A stretch of 64,000 nucleotides of DNA, from NCBI GenBank assembly GCA_000708835.1, contig DF236961.1, positions 372,001 through 436,000 of the forward strand, in the 5' to 3' direction. This DNA is from Klebsormidium nitens. Lineage: Eukaryota > Plantae > Klebsormidiophyceae. Both the position numbers and the translations under genes were made by a program. A model generated the notes under the pieces. That model saw only the letters and a list, made by a program, of their open reading frames with translations, was not told the DNA's origin and ran no database searches. This document shows positions 49,801 through 61,726 of this stretch, in pieces. Numbering within the stretch: the stretch's first letter is position 1; every line of letters starts with the position of its first letter.

Positions 49801-52800
49801 GAGAAGGAGAAAGAAGAAAGCGCTTTAGTAGTTGGTCAGCAGGCCAAGATGAACGTTTGCGCAGAGGGTCAGCAAGGCAACTTGTTTGCGGGCAAGTCAG
49901 AATTTTGGGACGCCGAGTTTGACCTACTGGGAAGGAGTTGAATGTCGAAATGCATGATTGTGGTGAGCTTTGGAGGGTCTGCCTTTCCTTTGGATTAGCC
50001 CGTTCCTTTCGAAGCTTCTACGTGGAAGTGTTCACGAACTCATAAATGGCAGTCGGCCCAGTCTTCACCCTCCGTAAATTATTCTGGTCGCTGTCTTCTG
50101 CATACCAGTTGCATATGATGCAAGTTCCGGCAGAAATCTGCAACGGGCCAGCGGTTCCGTCAGGTGCCATTTGATTCATCGAGCCTTCCTTGACAATCAG
50201 GATAGTTGAACAAAGTCGACGAGACTTAGAAGGGGATGTCGGAGGGAATCGCGGACGGGCGTATGTGTGAGGTTTTGGACGAAGTTCAGGTGTCCTGAAA
50301 GAGTCTCTCTCTCATTCCGTCTCACAGGTGGACGACCGGTTGCTGGAGTTCTTCCCCATGCAGAAGCGGACTGTGGAAGCGTTCAACGACCACTTCCACA
50401 AGGCCGGCCTGGTAAGCAGGACCGGCTTGTAGAAATCACTTCATGTTAAATTGCATCGGATTGTAGGCTCTGAAGTTCACCTCCGATCCCGTCCTACTCA
50501 CTGTCTGCTTCAATCACTCTCAATTCACTGAAGAGTTTTTGGTTCTATCACCCTCACTTTGCTGAAGTGGTTCTGCTTCCATCACTTTCGCTATCCTGAT
50601 GTTTTCCGGAAAAGCGATGCCCTGCTTCTTGCAAACGGTGATGTCTGCGGGCAAATGCATTGTTACTTAATATGTTTGAGACCCATCATCTTAGAGACAA
50701 CCAAGAGTAACGAGGTACGTTCGAAACGGACTGGTTTTGGGTATCCAAACAAAGAGCCGTGTTTGCTGCTTCAGGACGTCCTGGTCGAGTACAACAACAA
50801 GAAGGTGTTTGACATCAAGCTGAGGGAGCTCAAGGCCACCGTGACGACAATGATCAGGTTCGCGCCCTTCGTACCACCGGTTCAGTCGCTTCGCATTTCC
50901 GCTGATTGTCTTAGAGATTGTCCACTCGCTGACTGAGAGTTTCGTGGTCCGTGCCATAGTCTGTTCTGCTTGACGAACTTTGTTGGTCCGCGACGTGAAC
51001 GTGATGGTTGTGACCGTTTCGCTTCAGGTCACCATTTGACCTGAGCCCCCAAACACACGTCTGCGACTGTCTGTGATGCTTGACAGAGCTTTGGCTCCTT
51101 GACATGTTCTCTGCTGAAGGATGGGTTTTGATGGCCTTCACAAGCTGCTGAAACGGCCCTCGTTGGGATAAGAAAAGAATGTCGGATGTCTGCTGACGTT
51201 ATCCTGACGCGCTCGTGTGGCAAGGCGGTTCCCGATGATGACGTAGTTGCATCTGCGGAGAGCTCGCAAATTTTTTGGGAACAGACAGCATTTGTCTGAG
51301 GCACGATGTCTGAAAATCTTCTGACGTCATGCTGACGCTTTTCTGCAGCGAGGAGGCCCCCGTGGACGACGTCATTGCGTTTGCCAAGAAGGAGAAGAAG
51401 GACTCGAGCCTGCCCGAGGTGGACGTGCTGCTGGACCTGTGGGACGCCATGATGGACGCCGTGCAGTGGAGCGGCAAGAACCAGCAGCAAAACACCAACC
51501 TCGCGCTCCGCCAGGTAGGTTCGGGTTTTATGTCTTATTTTGTACCTTTCGGATGCGTTCCTCTCGTATTCCTTCTTTTTTGCTCCGTTGGTGCTCTGCT
51601 GAGAGTTTCTCTTGAACTAAAAACCGGCAGCAAAAAGCGAACCTGACAGCGAACCTGACGCTTCGCCAGGCATTACTGGGTCGATGTGCTGCTTTGCTAT
51701 GCGAGTCTCGTTCTTGATTTTGCCCTTAAACGCTTTGGCGGTTCTGCTAGATGTCTCGTGCTTTTATCCGCATTTTTCACGGCTCCCTATGAGGGGCGTA
51801 CATACTTTGAAAAGCCCCTCGAGAGAGAGGATGAGTTGCGCGTTCTTTGCGTTTGATTCTTGCTTCAATGAGGAGACCGTCAGCAACGTCAGGTAGGGTC
51901 CCTTTTTGCACGTTCCCCTCTGGTTTTCGAATGACCTTCCCCGTTGGTGCAACCTGGGTATTCGTGGGGTACGATTGGTCTGTTTCCACAGATGGCCGTT
52001 TCAGTTTCACGCTGTTCCCGTCGGTGTGTCAGATGAGTCAAGAATCTTAAGAAGAATACCAACCTTGCGTTGCGGCAGGCGGCGTCGCTCTTCCTTTGGT
52101 TTTCAACTTGCTTGGGACTCGAGAAAGTCGCTTTCACGTCAGATTTGTCTTCTTACTCGCTTGTCATCCCGGGTCCATCCTTTCCCATGCTAGGAGAAGG
52201 GATGGGGCCAAGCTCCTGTGTGCTTTCTCCACCCCCTTGCTGGACGTCGATCTGACGCCTTGGCCCTCTCTACTTGTCACGAGTTTCCCCTCACCCCTTG
52301 TTCGTTTGTTGCCGCGCCAGGTGAGGGGTGGGACAAGCTCCTGGGTGCTTCGTCCACCGCTCACATCATATTCTCCCTCTGCTTGTCATGGGCTTATCCT
52401 CATCCCCTTTCTGATCGTTGCTGTGCCAGGTGAAGGGACGGGGCAAGCTCCTGGGCGCTTTCTCCACCACGAGCAAGGCGGAGTTTGCGCTCATCTACAA
52501 GGTCCAGGCCTGCTGCTACGAGGACGCCAAGCTCATGAAGCTCTTTGCCGAGGTGGGGCGGTTCACCTTATCCGGAGGAGATGTTTTTGTTTTTCCCTTC
52601 TCGTGATTGGTTCTGTCGTAGAGACGGATTTACGATGCTGTGACGCGCCAAGCTCATGAAGCTCTTCGCCGAGGTGGCTGCGGCTCACCTTGTTCTCAGG
52701 ACGCCTGTAGCCTTCTTTAGTTTCCGTTTTCTAATTTGTTCTGTTCCAACGATGAGTCACGCTGCTATGAGGACGCCAAGCTCACGAAGCTCTTCGCTGA

Positions 52801-53441
52801 AGCGGGGCTGCTCACGTAGAATCTCAAAAAACGCGTTTTCCTTTTCTCAAGTCAAGCTGATCAATAGAGGGACCATGGTGCCGTTAGGCAAACCAAGCTT
52901 AGGAGCTTATCCCCGAAATAGGCTGCTCACCTACGCTTTCAGCCCTTTCGGAGGGAGGTACTGTCCATTTTTCTGCGTTTCTTCACTTTGTGGGAGAAAT
53001 CATTGGGGTTCTGGGAGAAGTACTGCTGACAAGCGCTGATATCCGGTGGAGGTCGACGAGCGTTCAATAAGCAGATGTTTGGTCGTTGTCCGCTGGAGCT
53101 CATAGCTTCTGGCAGCTTCTTTTGTGTTAAAAGGCATTGTGTTGATGTCTCGGTCCTGCAAAGTTCAAAAACCATTCGCCTTTGCAATAGTGCATACTCT
53201 TGACGACCTGGGCTTCCCTACATCAAGCTTGTGGTTCACCGAGACTGTTTTTTAACTGGACCTGATTCACTTTCCTTTGCAGATTGTGCGTATCCTGTAC
53301 GACTTGGACGTGCTGGGCGAGGACACCATCTTGACCTGGTATCGCAAGGGGACTAACCCCAAGGGCAGGCAGGTGTTTGTGAAGGCCCTGGAGCCGTTTG
53401 TCAAGTGGCTGGAGGAAGCCGAGGAGGAAGACGACGAGTAA
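46891..53441 (+). CDS. BZW: Basic leucine zipper and W2 domain protein (eIF5-mimic, 5MP), 414 aa
   Basis: Exons 46891-46895, 47120-47143, 47351-47456, 47797-47956, 48783-48970, 49396-49542, 50328-50411, 50775-50857, 51349-51514, 52430-52552 and 53283-53441 (1245 nt) encode MSSKERPTLGGARIKTRKRNI...RYGDTLFE...KLIRRRPFL...CYEDAKLMKLF...EDTILTWYRKGTNPKGRQVFVKALEPFVKWLEEAEEE. Confidence 0.95.
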
Positions 53442-55991
53442 ATGTATCGAATTTGCCGTGACGATGCTCGATGCTGTTTTGTTTTCGACCGAAGGGGTTT
53501 TGAGCTGTATCGCTTATATTTCATGAAGTCCAAAGAGCTATATAAGGTGCAATATGAGGTGCACTGCGCTCTAACAGAAATCGGGCCGTCTGCATCTTCC
53601 AGCCACTATTATATGTTTAAGTGACACTTTCTTCGAATGCTCGGAGTTCTACTGTGCGCTAGCTTCCAGCTTGTTGGAAGGCGTTGAGCGCTATCAGCTT
53701 TCATAGGGATATCCTGACTGATATAACCCGAGCAAAGAGTGACCTTGTGCTGGCCATCGACAACCCTGAATTGTATTCGGCGGTTGGCCTGGAATGGCCG
53801 GAGGCGCACACGAATTCAGTCAGGCAATTCCGCCCGGATAATAGCGGATAGCGGATCGATGATAGCGGCCCGGCCATTCTGTCAGGTGATCTGGTATTTA
53901 GTAGTGCATGTAGTCTAGCATGATGGTTGATCGATGGTTTCATACCTACAGTATCATGTGTTGCTATTAAAAGGGGCACTTCTTTAGCTCTAGTGATTAT
54001 GTTCAGGTAGACGATACAGCACCCCGACTTGGCCTATGTACTTGATTTGCCTTTGATATTACTCGGAGAGTGTGGGCCCCTGCCAGACCCCTCCGTCTGC
54101 CCACGCAATCTGTTTTTGCCACTAGCGCTCTCAGATCATGGCGTGGGGCGAGTGGGCCCTAGCCAACCCCTCTCCACGCCCATCTCGTCTGCCTCATCTG
54201 TAAGTACATCCGCACAAATATATATGTTGTGTGTGTTGTCGGTACCTTTTCGACTCCTTCCTTGAGCTAAGATTCCCTAAGCTTTCAAGTACGGGGCATG
54301 AGGTTTTAACGGCCGGCATGATGCGCAGATCATGTATACTGCGTGTGTGTTGCATCCTACTTGGTTTCGCTTATCTTTTTTTCTAGGTACTGTTGCGGCA
54401 ACGCGAGGATATGAACAAAGCTTACTAAGGTTTTGCCATAGGAACAAGCACTATCGAGAAAGAATCATGTGATAAGCTTACGGTACTCGTTCTAAGCCTC
54501 ACTGTCGGAGTCACGCTCGGTAGCTGAGTGAATGACGTTTCTTTAGAAGTTGCAATTAAAACATCATACACACTCAATATGTATGCCATGAGAAGCCTTA
54601 GTATGGCCCATGTGGCTACCGTACGGCGTGTAGAAGAGAACATCATTAGACTTGTAGGTGAGTGCTTTAACTTAGTTAAACGAGAAAATAATTTTGTCAA
54701 TGAGGGTTTAAATTACGAGTCTTTCTACTTCATGTACGCTCTTGCATTTCTAAAGTTCGATCAGATCTGGCCGCTATACTGTTATATCGTAATCAATCAA
54801 CTGGCAAATTGTCTGCCTCCGACACTAACATCATAACTGAATGCAATTAAGTTACACAATGTGCCCAAGCTAGATGCGCGCATGAACGCGGAACTAAAGA
54901 GTAGACGAGACAATGGCCGGCGAATAGCTGCCGCGTTGGGCCATGGCGCATGTATGAGTCGAGTTTGCCAGCATTTGCGGCGCCGAGCTATAAGAGCGGT
55001 TCCACTAGCTCACTTTGCCATAGCTGCTACTGATGTATGCATTGGCATGCGGGCCATGATGCACTTCTTCGCAAATGTCGACTGCGTGCACTTCAAACGG
55101 CAATGACGGCCCGGCCATGGTACGTAAGAAGTTCTAACCAGAACAGACTTCATGTAATTAATAAGAACGTCAGGTATGCAGCCACTGCGTGTGCACTGAG
55201 TGCACCCGCAGCATGTATATGGGCGGGGCGGCCGGCTGCCGGCTGTACTGCTTCATGTGGATCCGATTCTGGTACGTGGCCCGGGCGGCAGTGACGTACG
55301 CACCTTAGTATGTCACGGTCAGCCTGAGTCGAAATCCTTTGTAAGCTTTTGAAAAGTTCGAACGGTCAGTGGCAACAAGTAGATATTTTCCAAAGCTCAT
55401 AAATACATGCTAGACCGCCCTCAAAGGGCGGCGGGGGCTTAACAAGCCTCTTCGGCAGCAAACAGGAGGAAGGTAAGAAAATGGAGTTGCGTGATTCCGG
55501 TCAGGCGTAAAACTTTGCGCTAAGCAGAAATTTTGTCTAAATACTCATACGGGCCTCCTTTTGATTGACATGACAGACAACCATGTGCACCGTTGTACAA
55601 TTCTGACAATTCATGCAATGGTTGAACGCTATGCTCTTGGCCGGATATATACATAGGCCGGCCGCATCCGGGCCTTTTGAGTTCCCGCTTTGGGCTTCAA
55701 TACTTCTAGCTGCCGGACCTCGGACACATTGTAAGAGACCAGGCTTGCTTTGGACACATTATGAGCATCGCACAAGTTTTAGCTTGGAAACGAGGCCAGG
55801 CTCTTAATATCATTATGTAAACGGCCTCGCATGCTGTGTCATACATGAAGGTAGAACTTGACCTCTTCCAAGTTAGGCAGCAGATCGCATGGCATACATA
55901 ACTCGTTGACAGGCGGAGTACTCTGAAAATGGGTATGCAAGCGCAGTTTGAAGGAGCATCAAGGACCAATGGTGGGTCACAGTTGACTTTT

Positions 55992-56095
55992 CTCGTCCGA
56001 TTGGTTCTTACCCTCGTCCAATTCGTTCTTACCCTCGTCTGATTGGCGCTTACCCTCGTCCAATGGGCTCTTACCCTCGTCTGATCTCTTACTCT
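55992..56095. repeat. Tandem repeat, about 5 x 21 bp
   Basis: ctcgtc(c/t)(g/a)at...cttacc units; on the minus strand they read (S/L)DEGKxx heptads in the ORF 56258-55977. Confidence 0.85.
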
Positions 56096-57499
56096 CTAAG
56101 TGGCTCTCTACTCCTTGGACAATCTTTAAAGCTTGTCCGCGGTTATGATTGGGGATAGCGCATCTTTGGCGGAAGCCGAAAGACTGTTGAAGTACTCTCC
56201 CCAAACCGACTTTCCGCACACCGCCACTGCTATCGAGCTTCACCACGGAATTAAACACAAAAGAACGTACAGAAGGAAGAGCGATCTTCTTAAAATCATC
56301 TCTCCGAACGTGATTTTGGCAGCTTGTTCCGCCTGTTCAGAGAAATCCCTTTAGCGGACTCGAAGCCCTCTTCCACGTTGCAACTGTTGATAGGAAAAGT
56401 ATTCAAATTGGCCAGAGAGTGCTAAGAAGTATTGACCTTGGTTTAGCAAACAACATGTCGAGGCATGCGAACGCTAAACTATACTTGTGAATGTACTTGC
56501 TGACTCGTGAACAGCATAACTCAGGTCAGACTGGGCAAAGGCCACTCAACTGACTCGCAAATTTTCAGATTGCAGCTTAGGGGTGAAGCAAACAACTTCG
56601 GATTGAGAGTTCTTACCATCTCGAATTTAGCTGTCCATCGAGCCTCTGCCTTTGCAAGGTCCCTGCGGGTCGCGGTCTCGTCCATGTCGCCTTGCTTGGT
56701 GCCTTAAAGAAGGAAACATGGGTTTGTCACGAAATGCTCACTTTGCGGTGCGGAACGACCGGATGTGTGATCATTGTCTTCCTTTGAGATAATAAAACCT
56801 GCCGAATGCTGGAAAGCGGAACGTAAAGATACGCCATCAAGGAAGGAGCCACAAGCATGAAACCTTGATTACTCCTCCCTAGGCACAGCTCCCCAACTGC
56901 AATGATGATGAAACCAGCAAACTGCTTGCGCTGCCTTGTGCGCCCAGAATACATTATTATACCCTCTGTACGCACTTACTTATTACACAGAAAACGCCCT
57001 TTTGAATCACTTCCGCAGATTCCGGCCCGTAGCTCACACGGGCATCCTCAATACTCTGAAGGCGACCAGGTACACCGGCCACCTGCTCGGCCCCTCGGAC
57101 CAGTTCCCCCGCTTGCCTGGGGCCTGCCACATCGACCATCTCAACATCCGGAATCACCAGCCGTATCTACAAGACAATATCCAGACCAAGATATTCAGAA
57201 ACAAGACGACTCTGCGATGAAACTTGGAACACGTCACCCAGTGACTGAAAAAAGACATGTGCTCGTCAACGCCATTGACGGCAATAAAGATTGACTCTGC
57301 ATTGAACATGTACATAGACCGCGCATATTCAACATCTAATGGTGCAGCCAACTGATAAACATGCACGCAAAGGTTTGAGGGTTTTTCAATCTGGTCAAAG
57401 GCTCGTTGCAACCTGAAGACACACTGCTTTCGTCTCTGTAAATGCAGAAGACTTGACAAGGTAATGAGCTCTGCAATGATTGATATGATACCCCATGGG

Positions 57500-58364
57500 A
57501 TGCACTTGCCTCCGCTGTCGTGATGCCCTTCTTCTCCAGACCGGTCAACCAGCGCACATTGCCTAAACCCGACAGCACAAATCCTCTAAGCGTAGCCCAG
57601 AACCAGATGAAGGTCGCCACTGCAGCTGCCGTCATAATCACTGCCATCCATGCCAATGCATATCTCTGAGGTGAAACTAGAGGGGAGTCCGGAGGTACAG
57701 ATACTGCCTGGCTTGCTACCACCTTAGGAGTCTGACTGATCTGGGGGCTGGAAGGGGATGGGCTGTGGGGCAGCTTAGGAAGGGGCAGCCGGATACTCTC
57801 TTTAAAGTGGATGATAGGCTTTTCTCGCGAAATCGAGGGATTCAGGTCCAGTATCTCATCAGGAGGAGTGTTGTTAGACCGTGCAATCGACGAGAGTGTG
57901 TCCCGCCACTGGACTATGTAGAGACCGTGACCAGATGATGAGGCATCCACGTCGTTGCGGTCTTCTGCATCAACATGAAGATGGCTTTTAGTGATCTTTC
58001 AGTGGTCACCTTTGCCATGACAAGAAGATATCCCTTTTTCAGAAGCGTCAGTGACCTCCACGTACCCTTCACGCATGTTCCTATCATTACATAAGACACC
58101 AAAGCCACACGTGCTCGCTCAATCGCTTCTTTTGAGGTGCAGAAGAAGCAATTGCCCCAGACTCCTAAGAACAGCCATAGAAGGGACGATCTCTTAGCAC
58201 CGCTTGTCAAAGCTGACGTTTGCCAGAACTGCTGCTTTTGAAGCAGGCCGCACGGAAGCAGCCCCGGAGTGTAAGACAGAACCAGTCCTAGGCCTTCTGG
58301 TTGAAAGCGAGCCACTTAGACCACCTGTGGGGGCTGCTGCTACTCTCAGTGCCGTCGCTGCCAT
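57500..58364 (-). CDS. LysM-domain protein with a transmembrane helix and a transit-peptide-like N-terminus (exon joins and 3' end uncertain)
   Basis: The exon from 57964 encodes YIVQWRDTLSSIARSNNTPPDEILDLNPSI (LysM pattern Y-x-V-xxx-DTL-xx-IA...I-xx-LNP), a Pro/Ser linker and ALAWMAVIMTAAAVATFIWFWATL. The ATG at 58364 starts MAATALRVAAAPTGGLSGSLSTRRPR. Further exon-like segments lie near 57170-56975 and 56700-56610. Confidence 0.7.
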
Positions 58365-58684
58365 GTTCAAATTTGGACAGGCTGAATAGGCTTTCTGTGC
58401 GGCTCTCCTTGGTGTACCAACAGTGTTGCGTCCATTGATGCTGCAGTTCAGCGATGCTCCGCGAAGGGTGGGCACCAAGAGGAGGAGTCCGTTTCGTTAT
58501 CTCTCCTCCTGCCAAGTTTTGGGCGCTGCAACGCCTGAGGCTGCAGCGCTGAGCCCTGCCACAAACTCAAACTAGAATCAAGCCTTGATGTGGCGGAAAT
58601 TGGTATGCCATAAGCTGATTCGAATTGTGAGAGGCGTGAGGACATTGGCCCAGGTTCATTTCAGCATTGCGGAAGAAGATTTTT

Positions 58685-58943
58685 TACCGTACCAGCGTTT
58701 GATTTCGTCGGTCAGCGTGCCGAATAATTAGTTTCTAATCGATCTGACATTTCGGCAGAGTATTTTATAATTTTCTGACATTTCGTAAAAGTAGCATTCC
58801 TCTGCCAAATACAACCATTACCAGCCTTTACCGTCCGTACATATTATTCGATCTTTTCGTCATCGAAGAAAAACATATTCCAAAAATGTCGGGCAGCCCA
58901 AATAATTACTTAATTAAAAACGAAATCAAACGCTGGTACGGTA
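58685..58943. mobile_element. Tc1/mariner-type MITE
   Basis: A perfect inverted repeat ta|ccgtaccagcgtttgatttcgt (58685-58708 and 58920-58943) with a TA target duplication at both ends and an AT-rich non-coding interior. Confidence 0.85.
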
Positions 58944-59713
58944 CCGTAGTATGTGTGCCGTTGCAGTGACTTCACGGTGCTTCAGCAGTTATCCCGGGGC
59001 ATGTGTGGCGCTGTGAAATGCCACCATGCAGTTGGTCAGGAGCCAATGTCCATCTTGGTGCTTTGAAAGATGTGGTTTAAAGCAGCAGATGCTGCTGATT
59101 TGGAGATGCACAGATGCGGCAGCTTACAGCGAAGCATCTCGCCTAGCAGCACTGGACTCAATGCTGCCTACAACATGCGGCTGCTGCTCAAAAGCAGATC
59201 TGCTGCCCGATAAAAGCCTCAGCATTGCATGTATTTTCTCATTTAGCCCTGTCCAGCTTCCATTCTTGCCAGCAAGCTTCAGCCTTGTTTTGAAGCAATA
59301 CCATGGCGCCATCCTGCATTTCCAAATCATCCATCAGAGCAGCGTCTGCCAGCTCTTCTGCTACCACCCGCATCTCTGCGGACCTGGGCCGGGTGCAGGT
59401 TGCGCACCCCGCTCCACTCGGCTGCTACCGAAGCGCCAGCACATGGTCGCGGAGCTTGATCATAGCGCCTTTGGTTATCCAGCCCATGCGCTGAGACTCT
59501 TCAATGAGAAAACACTCGAGTATGACGAGCCCATCGCTTTCAAACGCTGCTCTTTGAACATGCTGAGAGCTCTTGAGCTGCAGCCTCCTGTTGTAGATGG
59601 TGCTGACAAGTTTGAAGGTTTCCTAAGATCATGGAGCTGAAGGACCTTTCCCTCATGAATGAGAAGGAGAGGGGTAGTTTGCGCGAGCCGCGCGTCAACG
59701 AGGTCTCTTACAT

Positions 59714-61380
59714 ATGCATCGGCTAATTGTGAAGAAAAAGGAGCAGGAGCGGAAGCGCGCCGTCAAAGCGGCCCGGCTTCGGAAAGTTCCCGACGAAGCA
59801 ACGGTGAGCAACATCTCAGTGTTTGGAATCATTGCATTGTGTTTTCGCTGGCTCGATTGTTGGGCAGCTTATGTAAACACTGAGCTTCACACAGGCTGTC
59901 CAACTTTCTTTGAAGTTTCTCATGAGCATAGATGCTTTGACAAACCCGCTGCTTTTCTGCAGTCAATGTTTTCGGAGCTCTAGACATAAATAAAATCAAC
60001 CTACAAGCAACGAACAATCGATTGAATTGCACGGCTGCTTTGCCGCGTCCTGATCTACTTCAAAAGCCTGGTTGCTTATGGTGCTGGTGGTTTGAAGACG
60101 TTGTTGTTCATCGATCTAACTTCCATCGAAAGTTGACCACCTGCAACTCGTCCTGACAGATCATTCTCTCAACCCCATATGCTACCTCAAGTTGCTACCA
60201 TAATTTCAATCATACAGGTTCTTGCTTCCCGTCGTTGCAGGGCCTGGTTCGCGCGGCGCCGCCAACGTCCATCAGCCCAATCAGCGAGTTGAAGCCGCGG
60301 AGGCTTACCCGCGACCTGACAGCCAAGGCCCTCACCAAGTGGTACGTCGACCTCTCCTTCAAGCATATTCTTTCCGCGTGCACGTGTTTTTCTTGAATCT
60401 GTTATTGTCGTCATTATTTCATGTCAACCTGCATTACGAGATCAATCTCGACCACTCTTACCTGGTAACCTGATAGTTATAAGTCCATTCGCATTTCCTT
60501 GTCTCCAGGTTGATTGAAGGCATACATGTGGGCCCTAGACCTGCCCCCGCTCTGATGATAACCAATTATTCTGGACATCGGACATGCTGAAAACTTTAGT
60601 AATTTCCAGTTTCAAAGTGAGGCGATCAATCCTGGCAGCCAATGAGGGTCAACTTTGATTGACATGGCATGTGCAGGTTCGGAGGAGAGAAGCGTGGCAA
60701 GGTCCAGACCTGTCACAGCAGCCGCTAAAGAGAACGAAGGGGGCGCCCAAAGAAGATCAGGTGATCATTTTGACATACTGTTACCTGCAATGTTGCTTGC
60801 TGTGAGCTTCAGTCATGTTGGTATGATGCAAACGCAAGGACAGACCTATCTGTTCAGGTTTTTTTCTCCTTTCTCAAATCCTTCTTGGGAACACTCTGTC
60901 AAGCTTTGCATGGAGCTGGAAAACCTTAGTGCTCCTTGTGGCACAGAATGCAACTACACTCAGTGCACAGTGGACCCTCGAAGTGACAGCGAATGCTGTT
61001 GAAATGTAGATATTGCAGTCTCGCAAGTGGCTTCTTGACCATACTCGCCCGGCTTGAACGCCTGACCTGTTATCTACCAAGATGCTTCAATCATTCTTAA
61101 GCGTCTGGCCTTGCAGGTGACGTCATCTTCTCGCACTCCGCCCCGCGCCGTACTCCGGCCTCTGCCCGTGTGTACCAACGGCACGGTGGTCTTTGCCAAC
61201 GGAAGGCCAGTGGCCGTCAGCCGTGCCGGCGCTGCCCCGTGCTGCCAGACTGTCCCGCCGTCTTCTGCCCCGGGAGAGGCCCTTGTCAAGCCCGAGGTAG
61301 TTGTAAGAGAGCCGGAGAGCAAGCCCGATTTCACCGATCGAAAAACACCAGCGGAGCTGAAGAAGCTGAAGGCAAGTTGA
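59714..61380 (+). other. Exon-like fragments of an unidentified gene or pseudogene
   Basis: Segments bounded by canonical splice sites at 59714-59803, 60241-60341, 60677-60760 and 61118-about 61299/61373. Simple joining hits a stop at 60726. Confidence 0.3.
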
Positions 61381-61726
61381 CCCTTGATCTACGTCCGGTG
61401 GGATTTGTTTGGGAGCGATCGTCTGCCTTTTTTACACGGATCTAATTCTGCCTGGTCCAACCCTCCGTTGAGCTTTCCTAATCGTCATTCTCCTGGTTTT
61501 TACATCATCAACCTGCTTTGAAGGTCCCCGTCGCTTCTTTCTTCGGCTATTGCTACCTGGTTATTTGACGTTCCCAAAGAACCTCAGTCAAGGTTGCCAT
61601 TACCTCTAACTCGTGACTCCCTGATGACCTGTACTTTGGCAAATTTCCTCATCTGCGTTGAAGTTTGTTGCACCAAACGGCTTGGTTTGGACCGAAGTAA
61701 CGAACTGCTGTTCGCTGCTGCTTCAG

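Noticed and set aside
54820-55320. GGCC/CATG-rich intergenic tracts (also about 3150-3560, 22150-22350 and 42420-42900)
   Set aside because: They look repeat-derived, but I could not define termini or alignable copies by eye.
55408-55432. GC hairpin (ccgccctcaaagggcgg) next to CTAG, possible Helitron 3' end
   Set aside because: The hairpin-to-CTAG spacing is only 1 nt, and no 5' end or second copy was found.
56936-57220. Plus-strand ORF with HIDH...DNIQ resembling an HNH nuclease motif
   Set aside because: It lacks the downstream Cys/His/Asn residues and lies antisense to a splice-bounded, open minus-strand segment that is probably a LysM-gene exon.
59026-59640. 204-aa plus-strand ORF, with a minus-strand frame faintly like a hAT dimerisation motif (SSQHVQRAAFESDGLV)
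   Set aside because: No convincing motif on either strand. The minus frame has stops, and the similarity is too weak to call by eye.
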